From: Macrostomum lignano | Taxonomy: Eukaryota | Length of the DNA stretch: 45,523 nt | Assembly (NCBI GenBank): GCA_002269645.1 | Contig: NIVC01001710.1 | Location: 201,632-247,154 of the forward strand | Reading direction: 5' to 3' | Part shown: one piece after another, positions 21,128 through 33,100 of the stretch | How the letters are laid out: each line of letters opens with the position of its first letter | How positions within the stretch are numbered: position 1 is the first letter of the stretch | Program-made: the position numbers and the translations under genes | The notes under the pieces: generated by a model | Databases searched by the model: none | The model's input: the letters and a program-made list of their open reading frames with translations, nothing else | Told to the model about the DNA's origin: nothing

Positions 21128-24100
21128 TCACACGAGTGTCTGGTGAGTGGAAAACCGACTGTGGGGCTGTCTTGGAGGCGGAACCGGAGGCTGCCAATGC
21201 TGCTGCTGCAGTCGGTGCTGGTTTTGGTACAGGGGCTGCTGCGGCTGATGCTGTGGGACATGCGGCTGAGGACCTCTCTGAAAGATAGAAAGTAAAACGC
21301 TGCTTAACCTGCAGTGCGGTATTAAGGGCGTTTTCGGCTGGTGGGTGCTGGCCGTGGGGTGGTGGGTGCTGGCTGTGGGGTGGTGGGTGCTGGCTGTAGG
21401 GTGGTGGGTGCTGGCTGTGGGGCGGTGGGTGCTGGCTGTGGGGTGGTGGGTGCTGGCTGTAGGGTGGTGGGTGCTGGCTGTGGGGCGGTGGGTGCTGGCT
21501 GTGGGGCGGTGGGTGCTGGCTGTGGGGTGGTGGGTGCTGGCTATGGGTTTCTGGGTGCTGTCTATGGGTTTCTGGGTGCTGGCTATGGGTTGCTGGGTGC
21601 TGGCTACGGGTTGCTGGGTGCTGGCTATGGGTTGCTACGAGCGTAGATGCTGGCTATGGGTTGCTGGGTGCTGTCTATGGGTTGCTGGGTGCTGGCTATG
21701 GGTTGCTGGGTGCTGGCTATGGGTTGCTGGGTGCTGTCTATGGGTTGCTGGGTGCTGGTCATGGGTTGCTGGGTGCTGTCTATGGGTTGCCGGATGCTGA
21801 TCATGGGTTGCTGGGTGCTGGCTATGGGTTTCTGGGTGCTGGTCATGGGTTGCTGGGTGCTGGCTATGGGTTGCTAGTGCTGGCTATGGGTTGCTAGGTG
21901 CTGTCTATGGGTTGCTGGGTGCTATGGGCTGCTGGCTGTGGGGTGGGTGTTAGCTGCGGTCAAGGTTTCCGAATAAGTGTAAAATATGCAACAGGTAACC
22001 TGCTATATGTAAACATAAAAAGCTCATTCAGCAAAATTGATAAAATTAATAAAATCTTAAGACTTCTACAACTTTGCTTAACTTGAGGCTTACGAAAATT
22101 CAACAAAATCTAATAGGCTTTAAAATGTCTAAAAACTGCTACACACTAACTTGATAGTCGCATAAAAATCATAGAGAAATCTCAAATTAGTAAGTCAGCA
22201 ATGATCTCGAACAATTCCTTCGTTTTTTAGAAACGAGAGCGAGCAATGTAGGAATGCTGCTATGATGCAGTGCATACTGCAGGCTCTGGTAACTCAATTA
22301 CCATTAAAATCAGTCCTGAAAAAGTTTCAGAGTAAGGTTTAGGAGATTTCACTTTTCTTCTTCTGACAGATGCCTCATCTTTCTGACACCCAACATGCAA
22401 CAGTGGGTTGCTGACAGAAGTTGCTGGGTTGTCAGATTATTCTGACAACCACCGTAGTCTAATAACACCCAGATTAGTCTCATAACAACCATATTAGTCT
22501 AATGACACACATATTAGTCTAATGACACTAAGATTAGTCTAATGACACCCATATTAGTCTAATGAATCAAATAGTAGTCTAATTACACTATAAGATTAGC
22601 CTAATGACACCCATATTAGTCTAACAGTACCTATATTAGTCTAAAAACACTTACATTACTCTAATGACACCCAGATTGGTCTAATGACACTATAAGATTA
22701 GTCTAATGACACCCAGATTAGTCTAATGACACCTATATTAGTCTAAAAATACCCATATTATTCTAACGATACCAAGATAAGTCTAATGAGACAGCTAGAT
22801 TAGTCTAATGACATCCAACATTGGTTTAATGACAGCCACATAAGTTATCCTGACTCCCGCGTGGACCAACAGACACGGGAACAGGTATATAGTATTTGAG
22901 AGCACGCATGTCAGACTTTCTGGGTTGTTAAAAAATGAGCCAGCCTCACCAGCGGCTGGTAGCGCCTGTTGGGGTCGGTTTCCGTGTCTGACACGGCCGC
23001 CTGGTAGCTGTTGTTGTGCGAGTGCCTGTAGTTGCCGCCGCTGGGTGGCCTGCGGAATTAACAAAGAATTCCCCATTGGATTGTGAACTTGAAACTGTGA
23101 ACAGCCAGGATCACAGTGTGAAATCGGCAATGTGAACAGCCAGGATCACAGTGTGAAATCAGCAACGTGAACAGCCAGGATCACAGTGTGAAATCGGCAA
23201 TGTGAACAGCCAGGATCACAGTGTGAAATCGGCAATGTGAACAGCCAGGATCAAAGTGTGAACTCAGTAATGTGAACAGCCAGGATCACAGTGTGAAATC
23301 GGCAATGTGAACAGCCAGGATCACAGTGTGAAATCGGCAATGTGAACAGCTAGGATCAAAGTGTGAAAACGGCAATGTGAACAGCCAGGATCACAGTGTG
23401 AAATCGGCAATGTGAACAGCCAGGATCACAGTGTGAAATCGGCAATGTGAACAGCCAGGATCACAGTGTGAAATCGGCAATGTGAACAGCTAGGATCAAA
23501 GTGTGAAAACGGCAATGTGAACAGCCAGGATCACAGTGTGAAATCGGCAATGTGAACAGCCAGGATCACAGTGTGAAATCGGCAATGTGAACAGCCAGGA
23601 TCACAGTGTGAAATCGGCAATTCACAGAACACAGGATGCGCACCCTTCGCTCAGGTAGTCGCCATACAGGGACCAGCCGGGAGCCGCTACCCCATGGTCA
23701 ACTTGGCGCGGCTGCAGTTGCTGGCGGTGGCTCATCGGACTGCGGCCTGCAGCAGCGGCGGCGGCGGCGGCGGCTGCGGCAACAGCGGCGGCGTCGGCAT
23801 CAGCGACAGGCCCGGTGCTGTCCTGCGGCACCGGCCCGGAGCTGCGCGGGATGATCTCGGCGCGCGGCGCCGTCAGTCGCAGCCGGCCCCGACCGGTCTG
23901 GGCGTCGTAGTTGACGCGAAGTCCCCGATCAGCTGGTAGCTGGGTGAACTCAATCTGGCGCAGTTGCTCCTGGCTGAGGCCGCACGAGTCCACCCGGTCG
24001 TGCCGGATGTGGCTGAGCAGGCCGGAGGAGGCCTCGGCCAGGATCGGCCGCCGACTGCGACCCCCGCCGCTGGCCGCCGCGGAGGAGGCGGAGGCAGCGG

Positions 24101-27100
24101 GGGCGATGGGGTGGCGACGCCGGGAGCCAGCCTCGCTATTGGGGGAGGGGGAGCGAGGGGGGCGGATTATCGATTATCGGCATTAATCCTTGTCCATTCC
24201 CACTAATCCCTGCCATAGTTATCCCCGGTAATCCCTGCCATAGTTATCCCCAGTAATCCCTGCCATAGTTATCCTCATTAATCCCTGCCATAGTTGTCCC
24301 CATTAATCCCTGCCCTAGTTATCCCCATTAATCCCTGCCATAGTTATCCCATTAATCCCTGCCACAGTTATCCCCATTAATCCCTGCCATAGTTATCCCA
24401 TTAATCCCTGCCATAGTTATCCCCGGTAATCCCCGCCATAGTTATCCCCATTAATCCCTGCCATAGTTATCCCCAATTATCCCTGCCATAGTTATCCCCA
24501 CTAATCTCTGTCATAGTTATCCCCGGTAATCCCTGCCATAGTTATCCCCACTAATCTCTGTCATAGTTATCCCCACTAGTCATAGTTATCCCTATTAATC
24601 CTCAGTTCCAAATACCAACAATGCATTTCCCAAAGGCACGAAACCTACTTTAAGTAGTATCAATGAGACTGGGATTGTACTAAAAGAGTAAATTTAAATT
24701 GCAAGTTCACAGCAAACATTAATATTGAAGATTAGACATGAAACTTTTGAAACGACTAGTACTGACTCAACAAGAGTAAAGCGCATGGGCTGTACTAATA
24801 TACCCAAATGAATTCGTATGGGGAGCATAGTGGCCAAGGTTTAGAAGCCAGCTTCTGGGCACAGCACACACGGGAAGATCAATACCTCGCCCATGCCAGG
24901 CTGGTCAAACAACAGTTACTTAGCAAAATGGAAGCGGCAATGCTGAACTGCTATTTGAATGGGGTGGTGAATGGCTGTGAAATTTATGGCATTGGCAATT
25001 GTTGAGTTCAGACTGAACTGTAGGGGACAGAGGGGAGCAAGAGATACAAGACTGTAGATGTGTTTGTCTGGTAGATAAAGATGAAAAGAGGAGACAAGAT
25101 GAGAGAGGAGTGAAAAAGAGACCAGATGAGAGAAGATGCGGAGAAAAGATTGAGACTTAAAAAAAGAGAGAGATAAGACGGAGAAGACAGTGAGATGAGA
25201 CGGAGAAGACAGTGAGATGAGACGGAGAAGACGGGGAGATGAGACGGAGAAGACAATGAGATGAGACGGAGAAGACAGGGAGATGAGACGGAGAAGACAG
25301 GGAGATGAGACGGAGAAGACAGTGAGATGAGACGGAGAAGACAGTGAGATGAGACGGAGAGGACAGGGAGATGAGACGGAGAAGACAGGGAGATGAGACG
25401 GAGAAGACAGGGAGATGAGACGGAGAAGACAGTGAGATGAGACGGAGAAGACAGGGAGATGAGACGGAGAAGACAGGGAGATGAGACGGAGAAGACAGGG
25501 AGATGAGACGGAGAAGACAGGGAGATGAGACGGAGAAGACAGTGAGATGAGACGGAGAAGACAGTGAGATGAGACGGAGAAGACGGGGAGATGAGACGGA
25601 GAAGACAATGAGATGAGACGGAGAAGACAGGGAGATGAGACGGAGAAGACAGGGAGATGAGACGGAGAAGACAGGGAGATGAGACGGAGAAGACAGGGAG
25701 ATGAGACGGAGAAGACAGGGAGATGAGACGGAGAAGACAGGGAGATGAGACGGAGAAGACAGGGAGATGAGACGGAGAAGACAGGGAGATGAGACGGAGA
25801 AGACAGGGAGATGAGACGGAGAAGACAGGGAGATGAGACGGAGAAGACAGGGAGATGAGACGGAGAAGACAGGGAGATGAGACGGAGAAGACAGGGAGAT
25901 AAACGGAGAAGACAGGGAGATAAACGGAGAAGACAGGGAGCAGAGACGGAGAAGACAATGGGATGAGATGGAGAAGACAGGGAGATGGAGAATACAGTGA
26001 GATGGAGAATACAGTGAGATGGAGAATACAGTGAGATGAGATGGAGAAGACGGGGAGATGAGATGGAGAAGAGGGAGATGTGACAGACAAAAAGGACAAG
26101 GCAGGTTGCATAACTTGATGCTTAATATAACAACATGTGATTGGAAATGATTTATTAGCTGAATAACGATTGCAACAAAAAGCAAGAGAAGTTAAACACA
26201 CGTCAGTATATTTCAATCAATTGTGACAAAAGCACTCTAGTGCAGATATAGTTAAAACAAAAACAAGTGGATGAGAATAAGCATGAATTTCGTGTGTAAA
26301 GAGCTACCTGGAATCGTAGAGTTCATCCGAGGTCAGGTGCCGTTTCGAGCGCTGATAATAGCGCTCCCTGACCATGTTGAATCTGGGCGCGGGGGGCAAT
26401 CGTGCAACGGAGGGGGTAGCGGAATGCGTCAGGATTGCTGCACTGCCACCTGTGCTACCGTGCGAAAACCGTGCAGGTACAAGAGAGAAAATGGAAAAAG
26501 AAATGACGACGGAAGAATGATAGAGGAATTGATAGAAAGAAGAAGGTGATGAGGACGGGAAAGACGGAGGGGAGAGGCGGTGAGTAGAGGCAGAGGGGAG
26601 AAGCGGTGGGGAGAGGCGGAGGGGAGAGGCGGAGGGGAGAGGCGGAGGGGAGAGGCGGTGGGGAGAGGCGGTGGGTAGAGGCAGAAGGGAGAGACGGAGG
26701 GAGAGGCAGAAGGGAGAGACGGTGGGTAGAGGCAGAAGGGAGAGACGGAGGGAGAGGCAGAAGGGAGAGACGGTGGGGAGAGGCAGAAGGGAGAGACGGT
26801 GGGGAGAGGCAGAAGGGAGAGACGGAGGGAGAGGCAGAAGGGAGAGACGGAGGGAGAGGCAGAAGGGAGAGACGGAGGGAGAGGCAGAAGGGAGAGACGG
26901 TGGGTAGAGGCAGAAGGGAGAGACGGTGGGTAGAGGCAGAAGGGAGAGACGGTGGGTAGAGGCAGAAGGGAGAGACGGTGGGTAGAGGCAGAAGGGAGAG
27001 ACGGAGGGAGAGGCAGAAGGGAGAGACGGTGGGTAGAGGCAGAAGGGAGAGACGGAGGGAGAGGCAGAAGGGAGAGACGGAGGGAGAGGCAGAAGGGAGA

Positions 27101-30100
27101 GACGGAGGGAGAGGCAGAAGGGAGAGACGGTGGGTAGAGGCAGAAGGGAGAGACGGTGGGTAGAGGCAGAAGGGAGAGACGGTGGGTAGAGGCAGAAGGG
27201 AGAGACGGAGGGAGAGGCAGAAGGGAGAGACGGTGGGGAGAGGCAGAAGGGAGAGACGGTGGGGAGAGGCAGAAGGGAGAGGCGGTGGGTAGAGGCAGAA
27301 GGGAGAGACGGTGGGTAGAGGCAGAAGGGAGAGACGGAGGGAGAGGCAGAAGGGAGAGACGGTGGGTAGAGGCAGAAGGGAGAGACGGAGGGAGAGGCAG
27401 AAGGGAGAGACGGTGGGGAGAGGCAGAAGGGAGAGACGGTGGGGAGAGGCAGAAGGGAGAGACGGAGGGAGAGGCAGAAGGGAGAGACGGTGGGTAGAGG
27501 CAGAAGGGAGAGACGGAGGGAGAGGCAGAAGGGAGAGACGGTGGGTAGAGGCAGAAGGGAGAGACGGTGGGTAGAGGCAGAAGGGAGAGACGGTGGGTAG
27601 AGGCAGAAGGGAGAGGCGGTGGGTAGAGGCAGAAGGGAGAGACGGAGGGAGAGGCAGAAGGGAGAGACGGTGGGTAGAGGCAGAAGGAAGAGACGGTGGG
27701 TAGAGGCAGAAGGGAGAGACGGTGGGTAGAGGCAGAAGGAAGAGACGGTGGGTAGAGGCAGAAGGGAGAGACGGAGGGAGAGGCAGAAGGGAGAGACGGT
27801 GGGTAGAGGCAGAAGGAAGAGACGGTGGGTAGAGGCAGAAGGGAGAGACGGTGGGTAGAGGCAGAAGGAAGAGACGGAGGGAGAGGCAGAAGGGAGAGAC
27901 GGTGGGGAGAGGCAGAAGGGAGAGACGGTGGGGAGAGGCAGAAGGGAGAGACGGAGGGAGAGGCAGAAGGGAGAGACGGAGGGAGAGGCAGAAGGGAGAG
28001 ACGGAGGGAGAGGCAGAAGGGAGAGACGGAGGGAGAGGCAGAAGGGAGAGACGGTGGGTAGAGGCAGAAGGGAGAGACGGTGGGTAGAGGCAGAAGGAAG
28101 AGACGGTGGGTAGAGGCAGAAGGGAGAGACGGTGGGTAGAGGCAGAAGGGAGAGACGGTGGGTAGAGGCAGAAGGAAGAGACGGTGGGTAGAGGCAGAAG
28201 GGAGAGACGGTGGGTAGAGGCAGAAGGGAGAGACGGTGGGTAGAGGCAGAAGGGAGAGGCGGTGGGTAGAGGCAGAAGGGAGAGACGGTGGGTAGAGGCA
28301 GAGTAAAGAGGCGGACGTGACAGGCGGAGGGGAGAGACTGAGACAGGACTGTCCGCTAACCATGCGGGCAGGCACATGTGTCCCATTCCCACTCACTTGT
28401 TAGTTTTGGTCACGGCCTCCGAGTCTGACATGAACGGGCGGTACGGATCGCTGGAAAGAAAAAAACGGGGCGGTGCTGCTAAATAATTGAAGGGCAAACC
28501 CATCGAATATCCAAGCGGGGCAGATAAAAATTATTTCGGGCTCCCTGCCTGCCTGCACTCACTCGCCATACACCGATGAGGTACTGGCCACGGGAGCTCT
28601 GATGTCACGCATGCTGCGAGTGTCAATGGCCGGTCTGAAGTGCGAGGGGGCGGGCAATGCGTATCCACACTCATCACTGAGGCACTGATGCTACTCATCA
28701 CTGAGGCACTGATCCTGCAATACTCATCACTGAGGCACTGATGCTACTCATCACTGAGGCACTGATCCTGCAATACTCATCACTGAGGCACTGATGCTAC
28801 TCATCACTGAGGCACTGATGCTACTCATCACTGAGGCACTGATCCTGCAATACTCATCACTGAGGCACTGATGCTACTCATCACTGAGGCACTGATGCTA
28901 CTCATCACTGAGGCACTGATGCTACTCATCACTGAGGCACTGATGCTACTCATCACTGAGGCACTGATGCTACTCATCACTGAGGCACTGATGCTACTCA
29001 TCACTGAGGCACTGATCCTGCAATACTCATCACTGAGGCACTGATGCTACTCATCACTGAGGCACTGATCCTGCAATACTCATCACTGAGGCACTGATGC
29101 TACTCATCACTGAGGCACTGATCCTGCAATACTCATCACTGAGGCACTGATCCTGCAATACTCATCACTGAGGCACTGATGCTACTCATCACTGAGGCAC
29201 TGATCCTGCAATACTCATCACTGAGGCACTGATCCTGCAATACTCATCACTGAGGCACTGATGCTACTCATCACTGAGGCAGTGATGCTACTCATCACTG
29301 AGGCACTGATGCTACTCATCACTGAGGCACTGATGCTACTCATCACTGAGGCACTGATGCTACTCATCACTGAGGCACTGATGCTACTCATCACTGAGGC
29401 ACTGATGCTACTCATCACTGAGGCACTGATGCTACTCATCACTGAGGCACTGATGCTACTCATCACTGAGGCACTGATGCTACTCATCACTGAGGCACTG
29501 ATGCTACTCATCACTGAGGCACTGATGCTACTCATCACTGAGGCACTGATGCTACTCATCACTGAGGCACTGATGCTACTCATCACTGAGGCACTGATGC
29601 TACTCATCACTGAGGCACTGATGCTACTCATCACTGAGGCACTGATGCTACTCATCACTGAGGCACTGATGCTACTCATCACTGAGGCACTGATGCTACT
29701 CATCACTGAGGCACTGATGCTACTCATCACTGAGGCACTGATGCTACTCATCACTGAGGCACTGATGCTACTCATCACTGAGGCACTGATGCTACTCATC
29801 ACTGAGGCACTGATGCTACTCATCACTGAGGCACTGATGCTACTCATCACTGAGGCACTGATGCTACTCATCACTGAGGCACTGATGCTACTCATCACTG
29901 AGGCACTGATGCTACAATGCTACAAAGGTAGCAGACAAAAGTGCGAATACACCTGAATCAATAGCAATCTTCAAGCCAATGCCAAGTCAGAATTGTTACT
30001 CACCTGTTGCGCATTCTCCGCTGCTGCTGCTGCAGGTGCAGTTGGTGCTGCGAAGCCTCCTGCTGCCGAGGATCGTGCAGCCACTGGTCTGAGTGTTCGA

Positions 30101-33100
30101 ACTCGCGACGTCTGGGCCGCCGGTAAGCCGCCGTCTCGGCCGCTTCCGAGCTGGCGGCGTTGCCAGACGCCTGTCGGAATGACGGATCGATGCCCGAGCT
30201 GCGGTGGGTGGGGCCGAGTTGCAGATTTTTGTGTCTATTTTTTTCTTCTTTGGTCACTGGGGTCTCTACTTCTCTGTGCTTTTCAAGCATCTTTTGCAAG
30301 CCTGGTCCTTCAGGGTGTTGCAGCCCCCCTTTCCCCCGGCTCTAGAGGGTGTTGCAGCCCCCTTTCTTGTGGAACTTCAGGGTGTTGCAGCCCCTTTCCC
30401 CGGCTTTTGAGGGTGTTGCAGCCCCCTTTCCCTCAGCCCTTCAGGGTGTTGCAGCCCCCTTTCCCCCGCTTCAGGGCGTTTCGGCCCCCTTTTCCCGACA
30501 CTATAGGGCACTGTCTACCCATTTGACGATCTCAAAATTTTAATTCTCTTAGCAGACTCACCGGAAAAACTCCAAGTGCTCGCAGCAGGTCTCCCACAGC
30601 TCCTGCAGTTGGTGCTTGTCGTCGGTGCGAAACTCGTGAATGCCGCCCTCCTCCTGGGCGGGAGGGGGGGTTGAAATTCAGTGATGATTTTTGTCAATTA
30701 TGCCTGCAGAAAATGCCGCTTTTTAGCATTGAATTTCCTCTAGCGGTTGAGAACATTTAGAAAGTAAAATATCCCAGTCTACACAGGTACTATACTCAAC
30801 CCCAGTCTACTCCACCACTGTCTACTCCATCAGTCTACTCCACCTGTCTACTCTACCACTGTCTACTCCATTAGTCTACTCCACCCATCTACTCCACCCA
30901 GTCTACTCTACCACAAGCTACTCCACCCCAGTCTACTCTACCACAAGCTACTCCACCCCAGTCTACTCTACCACAAGCTACTCCACCCCAGTCTACTCTA
31001 CCACAAGCTACTCCACCCCAGTCTACTCTACCACAAGCTACTCCACCCCAGTCTACTCTACCACAAGCTACTCCACCCCAGTCTACTAGCATTGTGAGCA
31101 CTAGCAATCAGCTAGTACCCTAGCAAGCCGCTAACAGTTAATGGCGAAAGCGAAAATGGAAAATAGTTCATTAATTGCAGCTCAAGAGGACTCGCAATTT
31201 ATTTCGCTCGTTCGTTTTTACAGCTAAAAAGCTTTTTAAAGCAACGTTACAGACAGAATTGCAGACCCAGTAGGGCTTATTGATGCATGGCAGAGCAGCA
31301 AAAAGCGGGCCTGATTAAATTGCAATATTTTTAATTGCCAATGCCTAGCAGTTGATATTCGATTTGCAAATGGGAAATACTCGTTTTTGTAATGAGAAAT
31401 ACTTCTGTCGGAGTGGATGGGAATGGGATGATGGATCGGCTGATATGGTAGTCTCCGCATCTATGAGCTGCTCCTTCAGTGAGTCCCCGCCCCCATACCT
31501 TCAGTGAGTCTCCGCCCCCATACCTTCAAGAGTCCCCGCCCCCATACCTTCAGTGAGTCCCCGCCCCCATACCTTCAGTGAGTCCCCGCCCCCATACCTT
31601 CAGTGAGTCCCCGCCCCCATACCTTCAGTGAGTCCCCGCCCCATACCTTCAGTGAGTCCCCGCCCTCATACCTTCAGTGAGTCCCCGCCCCCATACCTTC
31701 AGTGAGTCCCCGCCCCCATACCTTCAGTGAGTCCCCGCCCCCATACCTTCAGTGAGTCCCCGCCCCATACCTTCAGTGAGTCCCCGCCCCATACCTTCAG
31801 TGAGTCCCCGCCCCCATACCTTCAGTGAGTCCCCGCCCCCATACCTTCAGTGAGTCCCCGCCCCCATACCCTCCGTGAGTCCCGCCCCCATACCCTCCGT
31901 GAGTCCCCGCCCCCTTACCTTCAGTGAGTCCCCGCCCCCATACCTTCAGTGAGTCCCCGCCCCCATACCTTCAGTGAGTCCCCGCCCCATACCTTCAGTG
32001 AGTCCCCGCCCCCATACCTTCAGTGAGTCCCCGCCCCCATACCTTCAGTGAGTCCCCGCCCCCATACCTTCAGTGAGTCCCCGCCCCCATACCTTCAGTG
32101 AGTCCCCGCCCCCATACCTTCAGTGAGTCCCCGCCCCCATACCTTCAGTGAGTCCCCGCCCCCATACCTTCAGTGAGTCCCCGCCCCCATACCTTCAGTG
32201 AGTCCCCGCCCCCATACCTTCAGTGAGTCCCCGCACCCATACCTTCAGTGAGCCCGCGAGTTTGAGTTGTTCTGCATCCAAACGGCCACACGCTTAAACA
32301 CAATAAAGTCAATCCTGACTGTGTGGTTTTCTGACAGATCTGTCAGTCAAAAACGATCTGTTATTCTGTCTGGCGCCTGTCTGCAGCTTCGAGCATTGGT
32401 TTGTAAAATTTCATGGCTCTATTGCAGAATGTTCACATTTTAATTTGATTGCTTTGATAAGTTTTAATTAACAGAGGGAATCAAGATGACTAGCGAATAT
32501 CTATAGCAGGATTAAAGCTAAGGATTAGCGATAACTCAACTTACCGCCTTGGACCGAACTTTCATCACCATGCGATGCTTCTTAAGCTGAAACTTCTTAA
32601 TCCTTGGCCTGAAAAGCAGCGTTTGTTTTGGTTGCATCGTTTAACCAAGGCAATGCTTGTGTTTAAGCTAAGGTATTGCTTGTGTTTGAGCTAGGCAATG
32701 CTTGTGTTTAAGCTAAGGTATTGCTTGTGTTTGAGCTAGGCAATGCTTGTGTTTAAGCTAAGGTATTGCTTGTGTTTGAGCTAGGCAATGCTTGTGTTTA
32801 AGCTAAGGTATTGCTTGTGTTTGAGCTAGGCAATGCTTGTGTTTAAGCTAAGGTAATGCTTGTGTTTGAGCTAGGCAATGCTTGTGTTTAAGCTAAGGTA
32901 ATGCTTGTGTTTGAGCTAGGCAATGCTTGTGTTTAAGCTAAGGTATTGCTTGTGTTTGAGCTAGGCAATGCTTGTGTTTAAGCTAAGGTATTGCTTGTGT
33001 TTGAGCTAGGCAATGCTTGTGTTTAAGCTAAGGTATTGCTTGTGTTTGAGCTAGGCAATGCTTGTGTTTAAGCTAAGGTATTGCTTGTGTTTGAGCTAGG

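Noticed and set aside
21341-21950. Minus-strand (HSQHPAT/HSQHPPP)n peptide repeat as a coding extension of the Q/H/P-rich last exon
   Set aside because: It contains in-frame stops and lies upstream of a strong tttcag acceptor at 21278, so it is intronic.
24918-25011. Possible extra phase-2 FERM exon (LNSTIANAINF...HFA)
   Set aside because: It has a weak acceptor and AT-rich codon usage unlike the other exons, and it is not needed for frame continuity.
30199-30345. Extension of FERM exon 11 to the TTG at 30299 as in the ORF track
   Set aside because: The acceptors there are in the wrong phase for exon 10 (phase 2). The C-rich ccaccgcag at 30199 fits.
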